Shown: positions 6,283-14,812, counted from the stretch's first letter. The stretch is 14,896 nucleotides of DNA from an uncultured Deferribacteres bacterium (GCA_964014485.1 CAXHAT010000193.1:1-14896); one strand, 5' to 3'. Notes: generated by a model not told the origin, from the letters alone. Numbers and translations: made by a program.

Positions 6283-7935
6283 TTAGTTCCAAATCACTTC
6301 ATACATAGGGGCGACGACCAACGGAACGTCCGAGACGGACTCCAGCGCTTCCTGCACATGCGTCGGCACGAAATTGTACGTGTTTTTCAGCTTGCTTGCG
6401 CCGTCGAAATCGCCTTCCGCTTCCAGCGTCAGAACCGTGTTTGACAAGAGAGCAAGCGCCGTGTCAATTCTTTCGAAATCAACGGCATATTTTTTTGCGT
6501 CTCCGTCAAAAACAAAACCGTCGTAATCCATCAAATAATTCAATGTGACAATCGCGGCGGTCTTTTGCGGATGATCGCCGGGAATACGAATCGTTTGAAA
6601 GAGACGGCCAAGATAGCTCACGAAGTGCTGCTTAATCTCTTGCTCTTCCAACTCGCCTTGCCGCTGTAAATACTTCAGCGAAAACAATCCCGTAACGTCC
6701 GCTTTCACGTGTTTCAGCCAGGCGCTATGTTCTTTCAACGCTGACTCTACTCGCGTCTCCGTGCCGAAAACCGTGCGGCTGCCCAGGTTCTGCGTAATTT
6801 CGCGCAGGATGACGTACTTGAAAAAAGCGTCCGGCGTCACCAAGCTCGCCTGATCTTCCACAAAAAGCTGCTGGCCGATCGGCGTGATGATTTCGGTCAA
6901 TCGAGCCTGCAACGCATTTCTCCAGATCGTTTTCTTGACGCCGCGAACTTCGCAAACCTTGGAGTCCGTCGGTAAATTTGCGCCGAGTTGCTGGTAGGCG
7001 ACGCGCTTGGTTCCGCCGCGAAAAATGTCTTCAACGACAGAGTAGCAGGACTCGATGTTGATTTCTTCCTGCTTGTATCTTCTCGGGTAAGGCAGATTGT
7101 TCTCCAGCGCCAGCAGATGATTGGCAAGTCGGGTGATTTGTTCGCCCGCTTCAGCGTCAACCACTTCTACGCTGGCTTCAAAGCTTTTTTTCAATCCCAG
7201 AAGTTCATCGTCGCCTTCGCCGAACGGTCCGGCAACGAAGTCAAACTTGCTGCTTTTTACGCCAACCCAATCTGATTTTGCCTGAGAATAATTGTCCGTC
7301 ATCAAAGCGTCGGCGGTCGAAACCAAAGAAGTTTTAAACTCTTCGTTCTCGACCATTTTCGCTGCATAGCGCAGCTTGTTGACCATGGGAACAATGAGTT
7401 TTCTGTACTCCAAATGGTACGGCACCGCCACAAGCTTGTCGTCTCTGCGACGTATGACCGTGTACGGATTTTCAAAAGCTTCTTTATCTTCAGGGTGTTC
7501 TGCAATCCAGTTTTCGAATTCCTGCTTGCTCATGTCTTCCGGGTAGAAGCCGAGTGAGGCGGGTTTCTCTTTGACTTCCATAAACGGCGCATCGTCGTCC
7601 ATGCGGTCGTACGGTCCGGCCTGCATTTCAAAGAATTTTCTCAGGGGATCGCTTTTGTCTCTTTTTGAAATTTGTCGACGCAATCCGTTGGCCGACGAGG
7701 TTTGCAGCCAATAGATTTCGTCAGCAAACTTCGCGACGTCGATAAGCGTGCTCAGAACTTGCTTCTCGCTTCTGGTGAATTTCGCAGCGTCGTAAGAGAT
7801 CGTCTTTACTGCGTATTTTTTCATTCTCTCGGCGATTGCCGCCGCTTCGTCTTCCGTTCCGTTTTGCGGTTTTTGGCACCCGGCGATGAGCCCGAAGGCC
7901 AAGCCCGCAACCGGCATTAAAAATTTTCTGTTCAT
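6283..7935 (-). CDS. Peptidase M49 (DPP-III / Nudix hydrolase 3 C-terminal-like) family lipoprotein with a degenerate zinc site, probably catalytically inactive
   Basis: AAAGGA lies 7 nt before ATG 7935 (TTG 7938 is an alternative start). Lipobox LIAG|C. Family motifs: DEIYWLQ, GPYDRMDDDAPF, FYPEDMSKQEFE, NPYTVIRR, LVAVPYH, LENNLP, NLPTD, KADVTGL, YAVDFE. The expected HExxHGLG reads REITQNLG and the expected EExKAD reads KHVKAD. The ORF is intact. Confidence 0.85.
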   Translation of the reverse strand: MNRKFLMPVAGLAFGLIAGCQKPQNGTEDEAAAIAERMKKYAVKTISYDAAKFTRSEKQVLSTLIDVAKFADEIYWLQTSSANGLRRQISKRDKSDPLRKFFEMQAGPYDRMDDDAPFMEVKEKPASLGFYPEDMSKQEFENWIAEHPEDKEAFENPYTVIRRRDDKLVAVPYHLEYRKLIVPMVNKLRYAAKMVENEEFKTSLVSTADALMTDNYSQAKSDWVGVKSSKFDFVAGPFGEGDDELLGLKKSFEASVEVVDAEAGEQITRLANHLLALENNLPYPRRYKQEEINIESCYSVVEDIFRGGTKRVAYQQLGANLPTDSKVCEVRGVKKTIWRNALQARLTEIITPIGQQLFVEDQASLVTPDAFFKYVILREITQNLGSRTVFGTETRVESALKEHSAWLKHVKADVTGLFSLKYLQRQGELEEQEIKQHFVSYLGRLFQTIRIPGDHPQKTAAIVTLNYLMDYDGFVFDGDAKKYAVDFERIDTALALLSNTVLTLEAEGDFDGASKLKNTYNFVPTHVQEALESVSDVPLVVAPMYEVIWN

Positions 7936-8030
7936 CAATGCATCCTTTCGTGAAAAGTAAATGATTTAGTGGAATTGAAACAGGAAGCGCAACTTGCGTT
8001 TTAGCGCACGGCGCATATAGCAAAAATTGA

Positions 8031-8055
8031 TCTAAAAAAGAACGCCTTTTTTAGA
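8031..8055. promoter_or_regulatory. Perfect 10-bp inverted repeat upstream of the M49-like gene (candidate operator or hairpin)
   Basis: TCTAAAAAAG-AACGC-CTTTTTTAGA. Confidence 0.35.
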
Positions 8056-8410
8056 ATCCGCACGCACTTTTCCATCTTGTTACTTTTTCGACTTGAACAA
8101 GGAAAGCCGCTTGAAATCTACGTCTAACCAATGCGGCCCATATAACGACGAATTGTAAAAAGACCGTGAATTTTTGAAAAAGACGGGCGTAAGGCAAGGC
8201 AAGTTTTTTTTCAGCGGATTCATCGTCGGCGCTTGTGTAAAACTACCGAAACGTCGTCGTATTTGCGCAGAAAATGTTCTGTTTGGCGCAGCGTTTTGAA
8301 AGCTAAAAATTGATCTTTTTTAGTTCTCAAGTGAAACCGCGTCTGCAACAAAAGTTTACATTTGAACGCTTCATCTAACACGCATCAGAAATTTTGAGCG
8401 TAAATAGTCC

Positions 8411-8437
8411 GAATAAACGCTGGCATAGCGTTTGTTC
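8411..8437. promoter_or_regulatory. Inverted repeat overlapping a sigma54-like element upstream of the FlgD-Ig gene
   Basis: GAATAAACGCT-GGCAT-AGCGTTTGTTC is a 10/11 IR. It contains TGGCATA-GCGT-TTGT (8421-8435), which has -24/-12 spacing but GT instead of GC at -12. Confidence 0.35.
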
Positions 8438-8539
8438 AAAGATATGTTGACTGCCGTTTCGCAATAGAAGCGGGTCGATTGCAGGGTGAATTCCTTGCAT
8501 GATTCCTCAAAATTCTGATCATATCCTTCGGAGCAGCCA

Positions 8540-8986
8540 ATGGCACGACTGATCACCATAATTGTCCTCGGAGGTCTGCTTTTTATCATCTCCGGCGTTT
8601 TCGATTTACCGAAAGCGTTTTTATCAAATGCTAAAACCGCATCCACGGCGGATACAACCGGGCGGATTTCCGAAGAGCAAAAAAGCGAAGTCACTTTTGC
8701 GCGGCATATGCCAAGTGAAGAAAATGCGGTGATTACCTTGAAAGTCCAGGTAAAAGGATTTTCAGCGGTTGATCTTTATGTAGCGGATGAGGACGGGAAC
8801 CGAATTCGGACTTTGCTGCGCAAGCATCTCCCCAGCGGCACTTATCAAGTTTCATGGTTTGGCGAGAGCGAAATTCCTGGAAAAACCGTTCCCGGCGACT
8901 ATATCGTTACGCTCGACTCCCGTGACGTCAGGCGGATGATCAAAGTTCAATTGGGTGAAATTCGGGTTTCCGGGCCTTCGGACTAA
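8540..8986 (+). CDS. Small N-terminally membrane-anchored protein with an FlgD-type Ig-like domain
   Basis: GGAG RBS at 8530-8533. Hydrophobic N-terminus (LITIIVLGGLLFIISGVF). C-terminal pattern VDLYVADEDGNRIRTLL...LPSGTYQVSWFG....GKTVPGDYIVTL matches FlgD_ig-like C-terminal domains. No flagellar genes in the window, so it is not called flgD. Confidence 0.7.
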   Translation: MARLITIIVLGGLLFIISGVFDLPKAFLSNAKTASTADTTGRISEEQKSEVTFARHMPSEENAVITLKVQVKGFSAVDLYVADEDGNRIRTLLRKHLPSGTYQVSWFGESEIPGKTVPGDYIVTLDSRDVRRMIKVQLGEIRVSGPSD

Positions 8987-9918
8987 ACGCCCATTTTTTG
9001 CATAATCAGCTCCGCAGCCGCGGGCGCGCTAACGTCGTCAAGCTCGATCCATTCCGTGCGTGCGTCTTTCCCGAACCAGGTCATTTGTCGTTTAGCAAAG
9101 TTTCGCGTATGCTGCTTGATTTTGTCGACGGCCTGTTCAAAGCTTAAATCCCCCGCAAAATATTGCATCATTTCGCGATACCCCACCGACTGCAGCGCAT
9201 TGGTTTCCGGCGGGCAGCCGTCTTCCAAAATCGTTTTAACTTCTTTCTCCAATCCCGCTTCGATCATCTCGTCAACACGTTGTTCGATGCGCGCGTATAA
9301 TTCTGCTCGCCGCCGTTTTAAGCCAAAAATCTTGAATGGAAATTCAGCGGAAATACGCGGTTGCGCCCGAAAAGATGAAATGGTCTGACCGGTCGCGTGA
9401 TAGACTTCAAGCGCGCGAACGACGCGATGCACGTCGTTTGGGCTGAGCTCGGAAGCGCGTGTTGGATCGACTTGCTTCAATTTGTCATAAATCCATGCCG
9501 CGCCTTTTTCTTCGGCCAGCTTCTTGAATTCTGCCTGTATTTTTTTGTCCTGAGCGATTGGTTCGAAAAAACCGTCAAGTAAGGCGGAGACATACATGCC
9601 CGAGCCTCCAGCGACGATCACATTTTTCCCGGATTTTCTTAGACTCTGGATAACCTCCCTGGCTTCGCGGGAAAAAGCTCCGGCGCTGTATTCAGCCTGC
9701 AGCGGCAAAATGTCAACAAAATGATGGACGGCGGCGGCGAGTTCTTCCGGGGTTGGTTTTGCCGTCCCGACGGTCATTTTCTGATAGATTTGGCGGCTGT
9801 CCGCCGAAATGATTTCCGCAGCAATTCTCTGCGCCAATTCGATTGCCACGCCTGTTTTACCAGAGGCCGTTGGGCCGACCAGGACGATGACTGGGAGAGG
9901 CTTTTTTTTAAGCGTCAC
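8983..9918 (-). CDS. miaA: tRNA (adenosine(37)-N6)-dimethylallyltransferase
   Basis: Motifs GPTASGKT, EIISADSRQIY, GTAKP, GGSGMY, RVVRALEV, LYARIEQRVDEM, SVGYRE, TRNFAKRQMTWF. The start is reassigned to GTG 9918 because the 10002 start overlaps the upstream gene. Its stop overlaps that of the convergent gene (8983-8986). Confidence 0.97.
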   Translation of the reverse strand: MTLKKKPLPVIVLVGPTASGKTGVAIELAQRIAAEIISADSRQIYQKMTVGTAKPTPEELAAAVHHFVDILPLQAEYSAGAFSREAREVIQSLRKSGKNVIVAGGSGMYVSALLDGFFEPIAQDKKIQAEFKKLAEEKGAAWIYDKLKQVDPTRASELSPNDVHRVVRALEVYHATGQTISSFRAQPRISAEFPFKIFGLKRRRAELYARIEQRVDEMIEAGLEKEVKTILEDGCPPETNALQSVGYREMMQYFAGDLSFEQAVDKIKQHTRNFAKRQMTWFGKDARTEWIELDDVSAPAAAELIMQKMGV

Positions 9919-9952
9919 GCGACTTGCTTGATCCTGAAAATTGTTATTTTGC

Positions 9953-12900
9953 TCACCGAACAAACAAAACCTTCCGCGTTTCCTGAAAGCTCTCCCCGAC
10001 AATTTTCACCAGGTACACGCCGCTGGCTAATCGCGCGTTGCCGAATTCAAAACGGTGTGCTTGCCCGCCCTCGAGAACGCTTTGGTGCAGATTTTCAACA
10101 AGACGCCCGAGAATGTCATAAACTTTGATGGTCACGTTTTGCGTTTCAACCAACGCCAGCGTAAAAACAGCCGTTTCACGCGCCGGGTTCGGGTAAACAT
10201 TGGAAACGGCAAACTCGGTGATTTCTATTTCTTCTTCCGGCTCTTTGGTATCGGTCGGCGTTTGATAACGCTCTTGAGCGCGCCAATTTGCCGTGTCTTG
10301 CGCAAACGCCAAAGGATCGACGCGAACGAGTGCGTACCCCTCACCGGCGGGCTCAATTGGCCAGGGCGATTCGGGCTTGTAATGAACGCGATCGACGAGA
10401 ATTTGAGGGATGAATTCCGGCTCGTCATCAGGCGGCGCGTCCGGACGCGTCAGCGCGAGGGGCTCGCCGAGATTTTCGAGCCGTCCAGTCCAACCGCCGA
10501 GAAGCGGGACGCTGTCGGCAAAGCTAAAAGCGGAGCGGAAAGCGCTCAGCTTGTCTGGCGAGACGACAGGGTCAAACGACAAGACAACGACTGACTCTCC
10601 CGCCGGCAGTTGGTAGCCGGTTGGAAAAGTAAAATCGACGCCGTCGTTCAAGCGCCAATTGGTCAAATCTTGCGTCTCCGCCCCGGCGTTAAAAATTTCC
10701 AGATATTCCAGATCACGATTGTTATTTGGAGGGTGGTACATAATCTCGCGGATCACAAGCGGCCCAACGCGCGGCCCGGTGTTTTCTTCGTTCAAAGTCG
10801 GCTCGATCATGGGGAAAAGCTCGCCTTCGCCGTTTGGCCAGCGGCCCAATGTTTCGCCGTTTGCCGTCGCGCCAAAGGTAACGTTGTCGATGAATCGTAA
10901 GAGCTTGCCGCTCTCGTCTCCCTCCAAAAGCCACACTTGATCGCCGTGCGCGCCGTCGAGGGCAAAATCGGTAGCCCCGCCGCTTGCGTTGAAGTGACTT
11001 TCGTCAAAAACGACGTATCCTCCCGCTGGAATAATTGTACCGGCGGGAATGACAAACTTTTGAAAATTACGAGAGTCGCTTAAAAACCAGCCGCTAATAT
11101 CGATCTCTTTTGAAGATGCATTAAACAACTCAATTGCATCCAACAACGGCGCGTCAGTATGACTCAATATCTCGTTGATCACCACGCCGCTGGAATCACC
11201 CGCCCCTTCAAAACCGGGCGTGCCGCCGAATTCGCGGCTTGCTCGCCAGTTTGCCGGATCGTTTTTGTCGCCGCTTGGGTCGACAATTTCGAGGGAACTG
11301 CCGGCGCCGTCCGCCAACGAAGGCCAAAGCCCCGCGTCGTTGTAAGTTATGCTGTGAAGAATTTCCCGCCCAAAGCTCAAAAGAACCTTTTCTCCGGCAT
11401 TGTTGAGCTTCCCTTGATATTGCCCGCCTATGTTCAACTCGTCGCCGTAGCGAAATCCAAACGCATCTGCGTTTTCAACCAAGACAACGCGTTGCCCTGG
11501 TTCGAGCGAGCGGTTAAAAAATGTGAAGTGAATCCCGCCGCTAATCGAGACCTCAGCTAGATCAAGCGCAATTTGTCCTAAATTCGCCAACTCGATAAAT
11601 TCAAATTCATCATTGTCCTCGAATCCAGCCGCAATTTCCGCCGCCGAGGGCGGAGAAGGATTGTAATGAATTTCCGAAATCGTCAGCGTCTCCGCCGCAG
11701 GCGGCTCGGCGTTGACGAAGAACGTTGCTTCGTTGAGCGCCGACCACTCGCCGTCCTTCCGCGCCCTGGATTTCACGAGGGTGCGGCCGTTCAAAACAAC
11801 GGGCGAATTCTGGTAAACCAAAGTTCCTGAATAGATCGCACCGCCCATGAGACGCGGATCGGTTCCATCGATAGTGTAAAAAACCGAATCCGCACTGCTG
11901 GTCATTATCAACTCAAAGCCCGCCGCAACGCTGCCGCCGTGTTGATTAAAAACCGGCGTTTGCACGCTCGGGTAGAGCGGCGCCAGCCTTAAACTGCTTC
12001 GCGTCCGCCAATCATTCCAGCGGCGCGCGTTTCTGAGTTGATTCAGCACGGTGTTGCTCCGCGACGGGAAATATTCATTCACCAATGAATTGATTCGGTT
12101 TTGCCAGTCGTTTTTCGTGAACGGGGCGTCGCGCTTGGCGTCCCCCCAGCGCGCAGATTCGGCAACGATGGCGTTTTCGATCTCGCCCGCTCGTTGTTGA
12201 AAAAGTTTCACCCCGGATTCCGGCGTAAAAAGCCCGTCATCAAAAAAGTGTTTGTGCGCAATGTCCGCAAAGCGCATGCGATACTCTTCGACGTTGGTCA
12301 ATTGCTGGTGAAACCATTGCGGATTGATGTCCGTCGCAGCGTGCCCGGCGGAAAGCGGGCCGGTGCGATTATCGCCGAGAGCAAGCAAGGAATGTTCGTT
12401 ATCGTGGGTAAAATAGACAAAGCCCTGCTCGCCTTCACGATTACGCAGGGCGTAAAAATTGTTCACGTCGGTGCTGCTCAAAGTCACCGGTGCGTCGCGG
12501 TTACCGGGATAAAAAATGGCTAGCATGTAGTGGACGAGATTATCTACGTCGAGGAAAACGGGGAATGCCGGGTTGCGCAGTCCGTCCGGGGCTAATCCTT
12601 GCGCTTGCAAGTAGAGCGTATGTCGTTCTTCTTCAGTCGCGGCGTCTGCGATGGCGTTTGTGAGCTGCCAAAATTGAATCCAGGCGTCGAGGTTGCCGTC
12701 CGTAGCTTCAATGTTGTAATCCGGCGTGGCCTTGATCACATCGTACTGCTCTGGTTGGCCGCCATAATAGGAGGCGCCGAACGACGCTTCCGAACGTTCC
12801 TGAGTCTGGAACAGCCCCCAATATTGACCATTGAGGTAAAGATGGTAGTAACGACTTCGTGTGTACGGCATGCCTTGTTCGCGCTGTAAATCGCGCGAAA

Positions 12901-14812
12901 AGACGTCACGATTCATCGTGTTGAGATCGCTGCCTCGGAACGACCAGGAATAGTTTTGACTGGTGCGAAGATCGATGTTGTCGAACTCGTCCACGCCTTC
13001 GTCTCCGAAAAGCGGGTATCGCAATTTACTCGAGCCGTATTCATTGCGAAAAAACAATCGAAAAGCGTGTTTCGGATTATCTCCGCTGCGGCTAAATCCG
13101 CCGCGAATTCGCGCCCCGGCGTTAATTTGAAAACCCGTTTCGCCGTCCGGGTAAATCAATTCTACCGAGACGGGGCGCTCCCAATCCCGCCCGCGATTCC
13201 AGGCATTGGCGTAAATGCCGTTGTTTTCATCAAACAAATGCGGTAGATCCGTCACCAGTGAAAAACTAGGGAGATCGACCAATGCTTCGAGCACGGCCTC
13301 TCGTTGTTCAGACCCGGGCTCACGAATAATCACCGGGTCCATGCCGTAATCCACAACGTTGCCGCCCCAGGAATTCGGCCAGCCTTCCGGCGCACGACCG
13401 TCGAGCGATTGCCTGACAATATCGTCAAGAAACAAAAACGTCTGCGTCATAACTTGAGAATTTCTAAACCCCGGCCGGGTTGCAATTGCGCGGACAACGG
13501 TCGTTCTTTCAATCAAAATCGGGTCTTGGTATCGCGCCGAGCCGACGGTTGGCGTACTGCCGTCAAGCGTGTAGCGAATTTGAGCGTCCTGCGTGCCGCT
13601 GGAAAGCGTGAGCAAGAAGGGCGTCTCGTAAAATCCGTGTTCAACGCTAAACTCGGGCTCTGCTGCAAAGCCGGCAATCAAATTGCTGTTCGCGGCGCCT
13701 GGCGTCGACGCCTCGAGATAGCCGATTTCTTCGTTTTTCAAACCATAAGATATGTCGGTAAGCTGCTCAGGATAAGGATCGAAAACGCTGGCGAGCGTTT
13801 GCCCGTCGGGTTCAACCAGCGCGAGGAATTCACCGCCGCCGGAGAGTCGAAAATTGGCGTGTATTTCTTCGCCGGGAAGGGGCAGCACCTGCTCCACCGC
13901 GCCGCGCGGTTCCGCTGGCTGCGCGGTGAGCGCCAAGGTCAGAAATGGGATCAAGGTGAAGTCCGACGATTGCAGCGAAACATTGTGCCCTTGAATCGCC
14001 AGTACGTTCTCACCGTCGCGAAACAGGTCTGCAATATTGCTGATTTCGAATTCGGGCAGCGTCTGGCCTTGAGCAAGAAACGGTTCAATAGGCCCGTTGG
14101 CGCCATCGTCAAATTTTGGCCGAATATTTCTCTGGCCAATATTCGCACGAGCGATTTCAACGCCGTTTAAGTAGGCAACAAAGGCATCGTCATAGTCGAC
14201 GTGCAAGAATGCTCGCCGCACCTCGCGCGCATCGGTTAAGTTGAAGGTTTTGCGGACGTAGACGGAAAGTATGGGATTGGGGACGGCCGTAGCATCGTCG
14301 TTATCGCCATAGCCGAAGCCGCTGGGGCCTGTTTGCCACGCCGAATCGTCAAAGCCGTTGTCCAGCCAATCGCCCGGCGGCTCTGATTGACCGGGAAAAT
14401 AGCGCCATTCATCGCCCCAATCGATGACCGTTTCCCAAAACAACGCTTCCGGCACGCGGTCTTTCCCAGAAGCAAAAACGATTTGGTAGCCGCCGGGAGG
14501 CAGCTCGACGCCGGGCAATTGCCATTGGACGAGATTGCTGTTGTTGTCGGTAAGAAACCAGCCTTGCAGATTGACGGCGCTGGCGGAATTATTGTGAATC
14601 TCGATCCAATCGCTGGCTTCTCCGTCCTCGTCAAAAAGAACGGCGTTATTGCTGGCCATAAATTCCGTTATCCGTACCGAATCAGAAACGCTCTGGGCTG
14701 GAGCGGCGAACGCCAAACCAAATGATAAAAGACACAGAATCCAGGGCCTGGAGACGCCTTTTTGAACTTGCAAAGCCGTCCTCTTGAGGGTTGTTTGCGA
14801 AAAGCTAATCAT
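9953..14812 (-). CDS. Large secreted lamin-tail-domain (x4) / CotH-kinase protein with two Fn3-associated (CHB_HEX_C-like) domains and a C-terminal T9SS type-A sorting domain
   Basis: Signal-like PWILCLLSFGLAFA. LTD starts: VRITEFMASN, LTISEIHYNP, VVINEILSH, LVIREIMYHP, with WIEI/FIEL/AIEL/YLEI motifs. Fn3-associated motifs IRYTLDGSTP and VFYTIDGTDP. CotH motifs IRGGFSR..KHAFRL, YLNGQYWGL..ER, GNRD, NNFY, HDNE. CTD: VYPNPA..YDILGRLV..LASGVYLVKI..TRKVLFVR. Start is uncertain: ATG 14812 (AGGTAG upstream) is preferred over 14878. Confidence 0.88.
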   Translation of the reverse strand: MISFSQTTLKRTALQVQKGVSRPWILCLLSFGLAFAAPAQSVSDSVRITEFMASNNAVLFDEDGEASDWIEIHNNSASAVNLQGWFLTDNNSNLVQWQLPGVELPPGGYQIVFASGKDRVPEALFWETVIDWGDEWRYFPGQSEPPGDWLDNGFDDSAWQTGPSGFGYGDNDDATAVPNPILSVYVRKTFNLTDAREVRRAFLHVDYDDAFVAYLNGVEIARANIGQRNIRPKFDDGANGPIEPFLAQGQTLPEFEISNIADLFRDGENVLAIQGHNVSLQSSDFTLIPFLTLALTAQPAEPRGAVEQVLPLPGEEIHANFRLSGGGEFLALVEPDGQTLASVFDPYPEQLTDISYGLKNEEIGYLEASTPGAANSNLIAGFAAEPEFSVEHGFYETPFLLTLSSGTQDAQIRYTLDGSTPTVGSARYQDPILIERTTVVRAIATRPGFRNSQVMTQTFLFLDDIVRQSLDGRAPEGWPNSWGGNVVDYGMDPVIIREPGSEQREAVLEALVDLPSFSLVTDLPHLFDENNGIYANAWNRGRDWERPVSVELIYPDGETGFQINAGARIRGGFSRSGDNPKHAFRLFFRNEYGSSKLRYPLFGDEGVDEFDNIDLRTSQNYSWSFRGSDLNTMNRDVFSRDLQREQGMPYTRSRYYHLYLNGQYWGLFQTQERSEASFGASYYGGQPEQYDVIKATPDYNIEATDGNLDAWIQFWQLTNAIADAATEEERHTLYLQAQGLAPDGLRNPAFPVFLDVDNLVHYMLAIFYPGNRDAPVTLSSTDVNNFYALRNREGEQGFVYFTHDNEHSLLALGDNRTGPLSAGHAATDINPQWFHQQLTNVEEYRMRFADIAHKHFFDDGLFTPESGVKLFQQRAGEIENAIVAESARWGDAKRDAPFTKNDWQNRINSLVNEYFPSRSNTVLNQLRNARRWNDWRTRSSLRLAPLYPSVQTPVFNQHGGSVAAGFELIMTSSADSVFYTIDGTDPRLMGGAIYSGTLVYQNSPVVLNGRTLVKSRARKDGEWSALNEATFFVNAEPPAAETLTISEIHYNPSPPSAAEIAAGFEDNDEFEFIELANLGQIALDLAEVSISGGIHFTFFNRSLEPGQRVVLVENADAFGFRYGDELNIGGQYQGKLNNAGEKVLLSFGREILHSITYNDAGLWPSLADGAGSSLEIVDPSGDKNDPANWRASREFGGTPGFEGAGDSSGVVINEILSHTDAPLLDAIELFNASSKEIDISGWFLSDSRNFQKFVIPAGTIIPAGGYVVFDESHFNASGGATDFALDGAHGDQVWLLEGDESGKLLRFIDNVTFGATANGETLGRWPNGEGELFPMIEPTLNEENTGPRVGPLVIREIMYHPPNNNRDLEYLEIFNAGAETQDLTNWRLNDGVDFTFPTGYQLPAGESVVVLSFDPVVSPDKLSAFRSAFSFADSVPLLGGWTGRLENLGEPLALTRPDAPPDDEPEFIPQILVDRVHYKPESPWPIEPAGEGYALVRVDPLAFAQDTANWRAQERYQTPTDTKEPEEEIEITEFAVSNVYPNPARETAVFTLALVETQNVTIKVYDILGRLVENLHQSVLEGGQAHRFEFGNARLASGVYLVKIVGESFQETRKVLFVR

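Noticed and set aside
6283..7935. Classifying the M49-like gene as a pseudogene
   Set aside because: The frame is full-length with RBS, lipobox and conserved scaffold motifs, and has no stops or frameshifts. Only active-site residues are altered.
8026..8325. FNR/CRP-type boxes at the two TTGAT sites
   Set aside because: Only the TTGAT half-site is present; the matching ATCAA at 4-nt spacing is absent in both copies.
8371..8694. 107-aa minus-strand ORF overlapping the FlgD-Ig gene start
   Set aside because: It is antisense to a better-supported gene that has an RBS and a domain pattern, and shows no recognisable features itself.
9919..10002. N-terminal extension of MiaA in the ORF track (start at 10002)
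   Set aside because: It overlaps the 3' end of the upstream gene and would put the P-loop unusually far from the N-terminus. GTG 9918 gives a typical ~311-aa MiaA.
10055..14725. Long + strand ORFs (e.g. 13304..14170, 288 aa; 10055..10594, 179 aa) opposite the CotH gene
   Set aside because: Antisense shadow ORFs of a long, well-supported gene, with no recognisable domains and Arg-rich non-protein-like composition.
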